DNA of 64,000 bases from Armatimonadota bacterium (GCA_037445735.1 JBBIJY010000014.1:1-64000); one strand, 5' to 3'; counted from the first letter of the stretch, positions 1 through 9,096 are shown. Notes: generated by a model from the letters alone, not told the origin. Numbers and translations: made by a program.

Positions 1-2
1 GG

Positions 3-167
3 TATTTGCTGGAGGGTTGGAGCGAGCGGGAGATAGCCGAGCGGTTGGGCTGTTCACAACAGGCGGTGAGTAAGCGGTTGCGGAGGGTAATGGCGTATGT
101 ACGAAGGCAGTTAGGTGTGGAGGTAAGGCGTGAGCGGAGAGGCGATTCAGGTGAAGAAACAAGGTGA
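3..167 (+). CDS. Sigma-70 family (ECF-like) sigma factor, C-terminal region 4 (5' partial)
   Basis: Frame 3 from the window edge reads YLLEGWSEREIAERLGCSQQAVSKRLRRVMAYVRRQLG...*, a typical sigma region 4 HTH. TGA at 165-167. Confidence 0.75.
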   Translation, partial: YLLEGWSEREIAERLGCSQQAVSKRLRRVMAYVRRQLGVEVRRERRGDSGEETR

Positions 168-290
168 AAAAGGGTGAAGGGGGTTGTATTTTTTGGCAGA
201 GGTGGCTACATGATAATATAGATGGCGGGGATGGGAGCTGTGAGCCACCCGCCTTCGGACAGACAACAACGATGGAGGAGGAATGCGGCG

Positions 291-608
291 ATGAAAACTC
301 TGAGAGTTGGCACACACAAAAGCCTTGTAGTTGTTGCGGCCAGTTTGATAACACTGGCGATAAGCAGCGCACAGATGAGTGCACAGATGGTCGATCAACC
401 ATCACGAGTCCCTGAAAACTGCTTTGTAGAGGTGGCTATCGCTTCTGCAGGACAGCCCATCTCTCTCCTTTTTGAACCTGCCTTACAAGCCGCAGCAGGA
501 GAGCAGCTGGTTTACGATACCTTGATGGGCAGCTTTGTTACGACCAGCCCTTCGTTGATAACATGGGTTCCAACCTGTTACAGTCACGATATGCGGTCAG
601 GTGGCTAA
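291..608 (+). CDS. Secreted hypothetical protein, probable N-terminal part of a frameshifted gene
   Basis: GGAGGAGG RBS before ATG 291. Signal-peptide-like start MKTLRVGTHKSLVVVAASLITLAISSA. Confidence 0.55.
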   Translation: MKTLRVGTHKSLVVVAASLITLAISSAQMSAQMVDQPSRVPENCFVEVAIASAGQPISLLFEPALQAAAGEQLVYDTLMGSFVTTSPSLITWVPTCYSHDMRSGG

Positions 609-930
609 AGAGCTAAAAGCGCGACTGGGACTTACCAGTGGTTGCAAAACTTTTGGTGGAATAACCGTATGTGTCGCGGCAGGTGGTTGTGTAACAATAA
701 CGGTTAATGCAGGAGTTACGATTCGCTGTGAATTTAGACGATGCTTCAAAGTGCAGCGTTGCATCCGAATGTGCTGCCGAAATGGGGTTGTTGTGTGCTG
801 TGAGCAACACAGGTATACTCAAGTCTGTACCTATGTTGTTTGGCACTTTCCACCCCCTATTGGGTCTGTCAAGGGACCTGAGGAATGCGATGACCCTTCA
901 GGTCCATTTGTAGAACCTTGCGGGAGTTAG
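601..930 (+). CDS. Cys-rich hypothetical protein (13 Cys), probable C-terminal part of the preceding gene
   Basis: ORF track. The frame stays open upstream to 562 (HGFQPVTVTICGQ-VAKELK) and there is no clear RBS for GTG 601. Confidence 0.55.
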   Translation: MAKELKARLGLTSGCKTFGGITVCVAAGGCVTITVNAGVTIRCEFRRCFKVQRCIRMCCRNGVVVCCEQHRYTQVCTYVVWHFPPPIGSVKGPEECDDPSGPFVEPCGS

Positions 931-988
931 TGGGATGAACAGGTCGTTCAGGTATAATCCTGCGTGATCTCTTTAGGTAAGCAGCGAG

Positions 989-1636
989 GTGAACGGTATG
1001 CGAGCTATTGCAGGAGTATTGATTGTGTTAGCATGGGTAGGGCTGTTTGCAGTTCAGCCCTCGCAGCCTGACAGTAAAAATCAGGCTGTGCCCACATCGC
1101 TCCAGGTTCTGTTGAAGCCGGGGCAGGTTTACACTCTCCGCTTCGATAAGTCTCTGCCCGTAAGCCCGAAGGAGCAGAAGGAGCCACCTTACAGGGAATG
1201 GGGCTCGGGCTATGTGAGGCTGCTTGATGTCCAGCCCCGTTCCATCCGATTTCGCACGCTGACCTTGCAGGAAGCGCTGAAAGAGGTGGAGCGCATGAAC
1301 GCGGAGAACCGAAAGTGGGGTGGGGAACTCATAGACCCCGATTTTATCCGAGCCGAGTACAAAGGCGGATCGCCCTTCGTGCTCCACTACTTCTCCTGGG
1401 CGCCCCCTCAGAATGGCAAGCCTGTCAATGAGACTCTCGTAGAGATAAGTTTTAGTATAGAGGCACCATCACGGAAAGCGATTGCCCGGAAGGTGCGCAT
1501 AAAAGCCGAGGGGTTGGAAATTAAACCGCTGGTGAACCGCACTGGGGTGCGCTTCTTCCTGACGCCTGCGGGGAAGGAGAAGGTTCTTTTAGTTATGCCC
1601 ACAGAACAACATGGCGAGCGCCAATCCGACCTTTAG
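989..1636 (+). CDS. Secreted or membrane-anchored hypothetical protein
   Basis: Hydrophobic N-terminus (MRAIAGVLIVLAWVGLFAVQ). GGTATAAT at about 951-958 and GAGGTG RBS upstream. Start may be ATG 998. Confidence 0.65.
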   Translation: MNGMRAIAGVLIVLAWVGLFAVQPSQPDSKNQAVPTSLQVLLKPGQVYTLRFDKSLPVSPKEQKEPPYREWGSGYVRLLDVQPRSIRFRTLTLQEALKEVERMNAENRKWGGELIDPDFIRAEYKGGSPFVLHYFSWAPPQNGKPVNETLVEISFSIEAPSRKAIARKVRIKAEGLEIKPLVNRTGVRFFLTPAGKEKVLLVMPTEQHGERQSDL

Positions 1637-1740
1637 CTGGCACTATATAGCTATCACTGCAAGCAGAATGGACACAGAGGTGGAGTGCCGGTTGCCCCCT
1701 GTTGCCTGCGTCGTCCATCAAAGGTGGACAGAGGGCGACG

Positions 1741-2844
1741 ATGGGATGGTGGAGACAGTTATGGGAGAAGGCGCGCCTGCCGTTTGCCCGACGGCAAGCG
1801 GTTCGCTGGCAGCAGGAACAGGCGCCTGTGGAGATCGATACGCTCGGCGAGCGAGACGCGACCAGCTTCGACGATGACCTGCTCACCCGACACGGCTTCG
1901 AAATCTACGACCAGATGCTGACCGACGCGCATGTGCGTGCCTGCTTCAATCTCAAGCGGCTGGGCATACTGAGCGTCGGCTGGCGGCTGGAACCTGCCGA
2001 CGGTTCGCCCGAAGCCGTGCAGGTGCGCGATTTTGTGCTGTATAATCTGCAGACGATGGCGGGCGGAGTGTTCAGCCTGCTGTGGCGCACGCTGGACGCG
2101 CTCGCCAGAGGGTTCGCCGTGCTGGAAAAGCTCTATGAGTGGCGCACGACGCCTCCCTATGCAGAGCGATGGGTGCTGAAAGGCTTCAAAGCCAAGAATC
2201 CCGCGCTGTTCGCTTTTGAGGTGGACGCCTTTCGGAATGTGCGCGCGCTGATTCTGAACGCGCCGAACGGCGAGCGCATCGCCCTGCCCCGCGAAAAGTT
2301 CATTCTGTACGCCTACAACGCCCGCTACGAGTCGCCCGCTGGCGAATCGGATTTGCGCGCGGCGTACACACACTGGCGGAGCAAACAGCGCATCCTGCAG
2401 ATGTGGGACCTGTTCCTGGCGAAGTACGCCTCGCCGACGCTGATTGGCGTCTATCGGCGCGGGCTGCCGCCCAGCCAGCAGGACGAGCTGCTGCGCGCCC
2501 TCGATCGGGTTCAGCAGGAGACGGCGATGGTCGTGCCCGACGATGTGGAGGTGCGCGCACTGGAGCTGAAGCAGTCGGGCGCCGACAGCTTCGCCGAAGC
2601 CATCACCTACCATAATGCCGAGATCGCCAAGAGCCTGCTGGGCGAGACGCTCACCACCGACGAGGGTCAGCGGGTGGGCAGCCTCGCGCTGGGACAGGTT
2701 CACCTGAAAGTGCTGCAGACCCAGCTCAGAGCGCTCCGCGCCGACCTTGCCGAGCGCGTGATGCAGGATCAGGTCATTCGCCCGCTGATCCAGCTCAACT
2801 TCGGCAGCGCGCCCGAACCGCGCTTCGTCTGGGAAGACGAATAG
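1741..2844 (+). CDS. Phage Mu gp29-like portal protein (DUF935 family)
   Basis: Motifs YDQMLTDAHVRAC..KR, LDALARGFAVLEKLY, GESDLRAAY..W..K, W..FLAKYASP, IAKSLLGETLT, GSLALGQVH, IRPLIQLNFG...PRF match DUF935 portals. ATG 1741 preferred as start. Confidence 0.8.
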   Translation: MGWWRQLWEKARLPFARRQAVRWQQEQAPVEIDTLGERDATSFDDDLLTRHGFEIYDQMLTDAHVRACFNLKRLGILSVGWRLEPADGSPEAVQVRDFVLYNLQTMAGGVFSLLWRTLDALARGFAVLEKLYEWRTTPPYAERWVLKGFKAKNPALFAFEVDAFRNVRALILNAPNGERIALPREKFILYAYNARYESPAGESDLRAAYTHWRSKQRILQMWDLFLAKYASPTLIGVYRRGLPPSQQDELLRALDRVQQETAMVVPDDVEVRALELKQSGADSFAEAITYHNAEIAKSLLGETLTTDEGQRVGSLALGQVHLKVLQTQLRALRADLAERVMQDQVIRPLIQLNFGSAPEPRFVWEDE

Positions 2845-2887
2845 CGACAGGAACCTATTGCCCCTGCATGGAAACTGCAGGGTGGCG

Positions 2888-4456
2888 ATGTATCTGCTGG
2901 CGCTCGATCTGGGCACATCGGTGTGCAAGGCGGCGATTCTGTCCGCCCGCTGTGAGATTGTTCAGCTGGAGCAGGCGCCGCTGGAGCTGCACCTGCTGCC
3001 GAACGGGGGCGCGGAGCAGAACCCGCACGAGTGGTGGCGCACGCTCACGCAACTGGTACAGCGGCTGGTCGATTCGGCAGGCGTGCCAGTGGAGCAGATT
3101 CGCGCCGTCAGCTGCGCCTGCCAGTGGTCCAGCACGGTTGTGATCGATGAAGCGGGCGAGCCGCTGGGCAACGCCATCCTCTGGATGGACACGCGCGGCG
3201 CGCCCTATGTGCAGGAGCTGATAGGTGGCTTCCCCGCGTTTGAAGGCTACAGCCTGCGCAAGCTGTTCACATGGGTGCGGCTGACGGGTGGTGCGCCCGC
3301 CCGCTCGGGCAAAGACCCCATCGCGCACATTCTCTATCTTCAGCGCGAGCAGCCCGACCGCTATTGCGCGGCGGCGAAGTTCCTGGAACCAGTGGACTAT
3401 CTCAACTTTCGGCTGAGCGGCGTTCTGTGTACCTCGCCCGAAGCCATCACGCTGCACTGGCTGACCGACAATCGCGATTTGCGGCGCGTGGAGTATCACC
3501 CGACGCTGTTGCGCTGGGCAGGGATTGACCGCGCGAAACTGCCCGATATTCGGCGGGGTGGGCGCATCCTCGGTGCGCTCCGCCCGCAGGTGGCGCAGGA
3601 GTGGGGGCTTGGTCCTGACACGCAGGTGATTGCGGGCGTGCCCGACATCCACGCGGCGGCGGTCGGCTCCGGCGGTATCGCCGATTATGACCCTCACCTC
3701 TACATCGGCACCTCCGCATGGCTCAGCTGCCATGTACCGTTCAAGAAGACCGATTTGCTGCACAATATGGCGTCGCTGCCCGCCGCGCTGCCCGGTCGCT
3801 ACTTCGTCGCGAACGAGCAGGAGACCGCGGGGATGTGCCTCACCTTCTTGCGCGACCATCTCTTCTTTGCGTCGGACGGTCTGACGGGTGCGGCGCCGCA
3901 GGACGCCTATGCGCGTTTTGACGAGCTGGCGGCGCAGGTGCCGGCGGGCAGTGCGGGGTTGCTGTTCACCCCGTGGCTGTATGGCGAGCGCACGCCAGTT
4001 GAAGACCATGCCATTCGGGGCGGGTTCCATCATCTGTCGCTCCGGCATCAACGGGCGCACATGGTGCGGGCGGTGCTGGAGGGTGTCGCGCTGAACCTGC
4101 GCTGGCTGCTGCCCTATGTGGAGCGGTTCGCGGGTCGGCGGTTCGCGCAGATTCGGGCGATTGGTGGCGGTGCGCGATCCGCGCTCTGGTGCCAGATTCT
4201 GGCGGATGTGCTGAACCGCCCGATTGCGCAGATGGAGTTGCCGGTGGCGGCGCCGTTGCGGGGTGTGGGGCTTCTGTGTGCGCTGGAGCTGGGCTGGCTC
4301 GCGCCTGATGAAGCTGCGCGATGCCTGCCCGTTCAGCAGCGGTTCCAGCCCGATGCGGCGCGTGCCCGCCTGTATGACGCGCTCTTCCGCGAGTTTCGCG
4401 CGCTCTATCGCGCGAACCGCCCCATCCACGCCCGCCTGACCGCCCTCCTGCGGTGA
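2888..4456 (+). CDS. FGGY-family carbohydrate kinase (xylulokinase-like)
   Basis: LALDLGTSVCKA, AILWMDTR, YIGTSAW, PWLYGERTP, RAVLEGVA and GGGARSALWCQILADV motifs. Confidence 0.9.
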   Translation: MYLLALDLGTSVCKAAILSARCEIVQLEQAPLELHLLPNGGAEQNPHEWWRTLTQLVQRLVDSAGVPVEQIRAVSCACQWSSTVVIDEAGEPLGNAILWMDTRGAPYVQELIGGFPAFEGYSLRKLFTWVRLTGGAPARSGKDPIAHILYLQREQPDRYCAAAKFLEPVDYLNFRLSGVLCTSPEAITLHWLTDNRDLRRVEYHPTLLRWAGIDRAKLPDIRRGGRILGALRPQVAQEWGLGPDTQVIAGVPDIHAAAVGSGGIADYDPHLYIGTSAWLSCHVPFKKTDLLHNMASLPAALPGRYFVANEQETAGMCLTFLRDHLFFASDGLTGAAPQDAYARFDELAAQVPAGSAGLLFTPWLYGERTPVEDHAIRGGFHHLSLRHQRAHMVRAVLEGVALNLRWLLPYVERFAGRRFAQIRAIGGGARSALWCQILADVLNRPIAQMELPVAAPLRGVGLLCALELGWLAPDEAARCLPVQQRFQPDAARARLYDALFREFRALYRANRPIHARLTALLR

Positions 4457-4508
4457 GGAACTTCCTCCTCTTCTTCGGCGTAGCCTGGTAGTCCTCGCTC
4501 TGAGGGAA

Positions 4509-4592
4509 CCCCCTCACCCGTACCCTCTCCCCCTGAAGGGGGAGAGGGGGTTGGCGTCTTTTCACTTCCCGGAGGAGAGGGGGTTGGGTGAG
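4509..4592. repeat. REP-like palindromic repeat between convergent genes
   Basis: ccctcacccgtaccctctccccctgaagggggagagggg hairpin. The same family recurs at about 6275, 26720, 30015, 44485 and 62252. Confidence 0.85.
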
Positions 4593-4597
4593 CCTGC

Positions 4598-6013
4598 TCA
4601 CACATCGTAGTACAGCGCGAACTCGTAGGGGTGCGGGCGCAGAAGGATCTGGTCCACCTCGCGTTTGCGCTTGTACTCCAGATAGGTCTCCAGCAGGTCG
4701 GGGGTGAACACGCCGCCTTTGAGCAGGAACTCGTGATCGCTCTCCAGCGCGTCGAGCGCTTCGGAGAGGCTGGCGGGCGTGGTCTTGATGCCGACGCGCT
4801 CCTCCGGTGGCAGCTCGTAGAGGTCTTTGTCGATGGGGTCGGGCGGCAGGATGCGGTTCTGGATGCCGTCCAGCCCCGCCATCAGCATCGCCGCGAACGC
4901 CAGATAGGGGTTGCAGGAGGGGTCAGGCGCACGGAACTCGATGCGACGCGCCTTCGGGCTGGGTGAATAGGTCGGGATGCGGATGCACGCGCTGCGGTTG
5001 CGCTGGCTGTAGACCAGATTGATGGGCGCCTCGTAGCCCGGCACCAGCCGCCGATAGGAGTTGGTGCTGGGCGCGGCGAACGCCAGCACCGCCGGCGCAT
5101 GATACAGGATGCCGCCGATATAGTAGAGCGCGGTCTCCGACAGCATCGCGTAGCCCCGCTCATCATAGAACAGGTTCTCGCCCGCCTTCCACAGGCTCTG
5201 GTGCGTGTGCATGCCGGAGCCGTTATCCTGAAACACGGGCTTGGGCATGAAGGTCACGGTGTAGCCGTTGCGCGCGGCGACATTTTTGACCACATATTTG
5301 TAGAGCATCACCTTGTCCGCCATGCGGGTGAGCGTGTCGTAGCGGATGTCGATCTCGGCTTGACCTGCGGCACCGACCTCGTGATGCTGCACTTCGACCT
5401 CCACGCCGCACTCGATCAGGGTGAGCATCATCTCGGTGCGCAGGTCCTGCAGGGTGTCGGCGGGCGGCACGGGGAAGTAGCCCCCTTTGAGGCGCATCTT
5501 GTGCCCCAGGTTCGGCTTCTCCTCGCGACCCGTGTTCCACTCGGCTTCGTCCGAATCGAGGTAGTAGTAGCCGTAGTTGGGACCCTGCCCGTAGCGCACA
5601 TCGTTGAAGATGTAGAACTCCACTTCGGGACCGAAGTAGGCGGTGTCGGCGATGCCCGACGCGCGCAGGTACGCCTCCGCCTTGTACGCCACATAGCGCG
5701 GGTCGCGCGTGTACCGCTCGCGCGTGATGGGATCGACCACATCGCAGATGAAGCTCACGGTGGGCACCTCGGTGAACGGATCCATAAACACCGTTTCGGG
5801 ATCGGGCATCAGCAGCATGTCGGAGAGGTTGATAGTCTGAAAGCCGCGGATGGAGGAGCCATCGAAACCGATGCCCTCCTCGAACAGTTCCTCGGTGAGC
5901 GCCTCGATGGGCATCGAGAAGTGATGCCACATGCCGAACAGGTCGGTGAACTTGACATCGACGACACGCGCGTCATGCTCTCGCGCGAACTGAATCGCTT
6001 CCCTTGGACTCAT
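4598..6013 (-). CDS. glnA: Glutamine synthetase type I
   Basis: [44 protein letters not shown] and [17 protein letters not shown] motifs. AGGAGG RBS. Confidence 0.98.
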   Translation of the reverse strand: MSPREAIQFAREHDARVVDVKFTDLFGMWHHFSMPIEALTEELFEEGIGFDGSSIRGFQTINLSDMLLMPDPETVFMDPFTEVPTVSFICDVVDPITRERYTRDPRYVAYKAEAYLRASGIADTAYFGPEVEFYIFNDVRYGQGPNYGYYYLDSDEAEWNTGREEKPNLGHKMRLKGGYFPVPPADTLQDLRTEMMLTLIECGVEVEVQHHEVGAAGQAEIDIRYDTLTRMADKVMLYKYVVKNVAARNGYTVTFMPKPVFQDNGSGMHTHQSLWKAGENLFYDERGYAMLSETALYYIGGILYHAPAVLAFAAPSTNSYRRLVPGYEAPINLVYSQRNRSACIRIPTYSPSPKARRIEFRAPDPSCNPYLAFAAMLMAGLDGIQNRILPPDPIDKDLYELPPEERVGIKTTPASLSEALDALESDHEFLLKGGVFTPDLLETYLEYKRKREVDQILLRPHPYEFALYYDV

Positions 6014-6096
6014 AGTGACCTCCTGTTTTTGTTAGTGCTGGCACGCGATAGGCGTGCGAACAGGCACTCTGCCGTCGTGCAGAGCGACCATCGAGG

Positions 6097-6166
6097 CGGC
6101 ACCGTTGCCGACATAGGGGCGACGGAACAGGGCTAACAGCGGTCTGCATGCGCCGTTGCCATGCAG
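6097..6166 (-). promoter_or_regulatory. Two ANTAR-type RNA hairpins in the glnA 5' leader (candidate)
   Basis: Minus-strand RNA has CUGCAUGGC-AACGGC-GCAUGCAG (6144-6166) and CGGC-AACGGU-GCCG (6097-6110). Both are hexaloops with A1 and G4, closed by C-G. Confidence 0.5.
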
Positions 6167-6194
6167 TGAGGAGCCACTGCTCGCGTCCAATCCT

Positions 6195-6226
6195 ATTATA
6201 CCCACCCCGCTGACAAAAAAGTCAAG
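6195..6226 (-). promoter_or_regulatory. glnA promoter (TTGACT-N19-TATAAT) overlapping a TGAC-N6-GTCA palindrome
   Basis: Minus strand reads CTTGACTTTTTTGTCAGC GGGGTGGG TATAAT. Confidence 0.65.
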
Positions 6227-6233
6227 TCGCCGA

Positions 6234-6402
6234 GAGGGTGTTCGAGAATTCGGGGCGTAATATCGACCTGAGTGAAGCCCCCTCACCCGTACCCTCTCCC
6301 CCGCGTGCGGGGGAGAGGGGCTTGGTTTCTCCCTCTCCCCGCTGGGGAGAGGGTCGGGGTGAGGGGCATCCTTGCCTCTGGTTGGATTTTTCGAACAGCC
6401 TC
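6234..6402. mobile_element. MITE-like element: IS-type terminal inverted repeats enclosing REP palindromes
   Basis: Left end gagggtgttcgagaattc and right end gatttttcgaacagcctc match the ends of the IS remnant at 30083-30770. The interior is a double REP hairpin. Confidence 0.7.
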
Positions 6403-6475
6403 AGTCGCTGAGAGACTGTTCAGGAATTCGCTACCTGAACAAGACAGCCTCAGAGGTGGGTTATAATACTCTCTG

Positions 6476-8185
6476 GTGGAGCCGATTATTGAGCGGTATG
6501 CGCCGCGCTTTGTGGTGTTGAGCGGTGTGTCGGTGCTGATCGTGCTGATGGCGTGGCTGGGCATCGGGCTGCGGCTGGTGGAGCGACGCCAGCATCCCAA
6601 CCCGCTCAGCCAGACCACCGAAGGCTATTTGCGCGCGTGCCAGTACCAGCTGGTGGCGTGGCGGTCGTGGAGCGCGGCGACTCTCAGGGAGGCGGCACAG
6701 CTCAATCGCCCTGTCGCCGTCGATATGGGCGCGTTCTGGTCCGGGCAGTGCGCCCGACTGGGGCAGGAGCTGTATCAGGATTCGGGCATTGCCGATATTC
6801 TGAAGCGCGAGTTTGTGCCTGTGAAGCTCGATTCGGACGCCTCGCCCAAACGCGCCCGCACGCTGCGTATGGTCGCCGAGGTTCTCAATCTCCCCTATCG
6901 GCAGCCGTTGCTGGTGCTTTTCACGCCCGACGGCAAGCCGTTCGCGGCGGCGACTCCAGAGACCCGCGCCGAGCTGACACGCCTGCTGGAGCAGGTGAGC
7001 CTCGCCTATCGGAACGCGCCGAACGAGGTGCAGGCAACTGCGCAACGGCTGGAGCAGGCGTTGCTCGCCCGCTATGTGCGCGCGGCGACGCCCGCGCCGC
7101 TCACTCTCCAGACCGCGCATGCGCTGAACGCCCAGCTGCTTGATACCCTGCTGAAAAACGAGCCAGCCGACTGGAGCCAGCCGCAACCTTACTGGCTGAA
7201 TCAGACCGAGTGGCTGTTGAGCCTGGCGGAGGGGGGCGACCCGCATGCGCGCGCGATGCTGCTCAAGCGCCTGCGCTCGCTCCAGCAAAGCCCGCTCTGG
7301 GACGGGCAGCGGGGTGGCTTTCACACGCTGCTGGAGGGGCTGAACGCGGAGGGTCAGCCGCTGGGCGGCAAGCGCCTGACGGAGAACGCACGCCTGTTGA
7401 GCCTGTACGCGCGTGCCAGCCGATTCGCGCCCGATTTGCGCCTGACGGCAGATCGGTTGCTCGATTTTCTGCGCCATCAGCTCTATCAGGAGCGTCCGCC
7501 GGGCTTCCGCGCCAGTGTGGCGCCGTCCCGGCGCGCTTCACCGGTTGGTCAATCGCTGCCCGTCCCCGAAGTCGACACCACACTCTATGCGGACGGCAAC
7601 GCGCTGACGGTTCTCGCCCTGCTGGACTATTCGAGCGTCGCGCCGCCCGATTCGGAGCCGTCGGGCTGGGCACAAGCGACTGCCCCGCGCGTGCTGGAGA
7701 CTCTGCGCGGGTTGCGCACGGTTCAGGGCGACCTCTATCACTCCTCGCGCCGTCAGGTCTCCGACTGGTTGCCCGATCTGGCGCTGGTGGCGCGGGCGGC
7801 GAGCCGATTGTATCAGGCACAGCGTTCCGAGCGTGCCCTGCAGTTTGCCCGCCAGCTGCTCACGCTCATCGAAACCCGCTATCATGACCCGACAGGTGGC
7901 TACTATGATATTTCGGAGGGCAAGCGCTGGGCGAGCTGGACGCTGATACCGACGCGCGTCTCGGAAGATGGTGAGCTGCCCGCCGATAACGTGCTGGTCG
8001 CGCTGGCGCAGGTTGAGTTTGCGCGTGCGCTTCAGCAGCGCGGGCTGCCCGGTGACGATGCTGATGCCCGCCTCTATCTTCAGCGTGCCCGTCAAACGGT
8101 GCAGGTGATGCTGGGCGATCGCGCCAGCATCCCCGAACGCTTCACGGGCTGCGCCATCGCCATCAGCGCGCTTCAGGTATTCTAA
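6476..8185 (+). CDS. YyaL/DUF255-like thioredoxin-domain protein with N-terminal membrane anchor
   Basis: VAWRSWSAATLREAAQLNRPVAVD, ILKREFVPVKLD, LFTPDGKPF, LWDGQRGGFH, K.L.ENA.LL..YA and DPTGGYYD motifs. Confidence 0.75.
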   Translation: MEPIIERYAPRFVVLSGVSVLIVLMAWLGIGLRLVERRQHPNPLSQTTEGYLRACQYQLVAWRSWSAATLREAAQLNRPVAVDMGAFWSGQCARLGQELYQDSGIADILKREFVPVKLDSDASPKRARTLRMVAEVLNLPYRQPLLVLFTPDGKPFAAATPETRAELTRLLEQVSLAYRNAPNEVQATAQRLEQALLARYVRAATPAPLTLQTAHALNAQLLDTLLKNEPADWSQPQPYWLNQTEWLLSLAEGGDPHARAMLLKRLRSLQQSPLWDGQRGGFHTLLEGLNAEGQPLGGKRLTENARLLSLYARASRFAPDLRLTADRLLDFLRHQLYQERPPGFRASVAPSRRASPVGQSLPVPEVDTTLYADGNALTVLALLDYSSVAPPDSEPSGWAQATAPRVLETLRGLRTVQGDLYHSSRRQVSDWLPDLALVARAASRLYQAQRSERALQFARQLLTLIETRYHDPTGGYYDISEGKRWASWTLIPTRVSEDGELPADNVLVALAQVEFARALQQRGLPGDDADARLYLQRARQTVQVMLGDRASIPERFTGCAIAISALQVF

Positions 8186-8212
8186 GGGTCATCTGAGTTT
8201 TGAGGAGAAGCG

Positions 8213-9037
8213 ATGGAGATTGTGATACTTGGCACGGCAGCAGCGGAGGGGATACCTGCGCTCGGCTGCGACTGCAGGGTGTGCCACACGGCACGCGAGC
8301 GCGGCGGCAAAAACATCCGCTCACGCTCCGGCGCACTCATCGACCATACGCTCAAAATCGACTTCGGTCCCGACACGCTCTATCACATTCATCGTGAACG
8401 GCTGAACCCGACCGACTGGCGATGGCTGGTCTTCACTCACTCGCACCATGACCACTGCGCAGGTGAGGAGCTGCAATATCTTTTGCCGGGCTTCGCGCCG
8501 CCCGAAACGGCTCGCAACCTGAACATCTTCGGCAACGCGGCGGTCAAAGCGAAGGTGGAAGGCGTCGTCAGTTATACGGGGCTGCGCCTCGAGTGCAACC
8601 TCATTCGTGCCTTCGAAACCTGTGCGCTGGGTGAATATACGCTCACTCCTATTCGCGCCACGCACTTCACGGAGGTGCCTGACGAGGAGGTGCTGAATCT
8701 GGTTATCGAGCGCAACGGGCGGCGTCTGCTCTACGCCTGCGATACGGGCTGGTACCCGCCTGAAACATGGGATTTCCTGACGGGCGTCGCGCTCGATCTG
8801 GCGATTCTGGAGTGCAGTTTCGGCTTCCTGCCCAGCGACTATAGCGGGCATCTCGATATTGAGAAGTGCGTCCAGATGGTGAACGAGTTGCGCAAGCAGG
8901 GCACGCTCCGAGCCGATTCGCGCGTGGTGCTGACCCACTTCTCCCATAACGGTGGCGCGCTGCACGAGGAGCTGGAGGCGCGCGCCACGCCATACGGCAT
9001 CGAGATCGGCTGGGATGGCATGCGTATCGACCTGTAG
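8213..9037 (+). CDS. Metallo-beta-lactamase fold hydrolase, PhnP-like
   Basis: LGTAAAEGIPALGCDCRVC, THSHHDH, YACDTG and LTHFSHN motifs. Confidence 0.85.
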   Translation: MEIVILGTAAAEGIPALGCDCRVCHTARERGGKNIRSRSGALIDHTLKIDFGPDTLYHIHRERLNPTDWRWLVFTHSHHDHCAGEELQYLLPGFAPPETARNLNIFGNAAVKAKVEGVVSYTGLRLECNLIRAFETCALGEYTLTPIRATHFTEVPDEEVLNLVIERNGRRLLYACDTGWYPPETWDFLTGVALDLAILECSFGFLPSDYSGHLDIEKCVQMVNELRKQGTLRADSRVVLTHFSHNGGALHEELEARATPYGIEIGWDGMRIDL

Positions 9038-9096
9038 CGTGGCGGTACATGTGCGCGGCTCTACCGTCTAATGAAGATGGAGGCGATAATCGATCG

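Noticed and set aside
1-2844. Intact prophage at the left end
   Set aside because: Only the portal gene is phage-like. No integrase, terminase, capsid or tail genes were recognised in the window.
1759-4429. Long minus-strand ORFs opposite the portal and kinase genes (likewise 10239-12056, 18496-20481, 34713-36419, 52393-54111)
   Set aside because: Shadow ORFs typical of high-GC coding DNA. They show no motifs, while the opposite strand has clear family signatures.
6014-6190. Glutamine (glnA) riboswitch in the glnA leader
   Set aside because: I could not match it to that motif by eye. The ANTAR-like hairpins explain the leader better, and an Rfam search would settle it.
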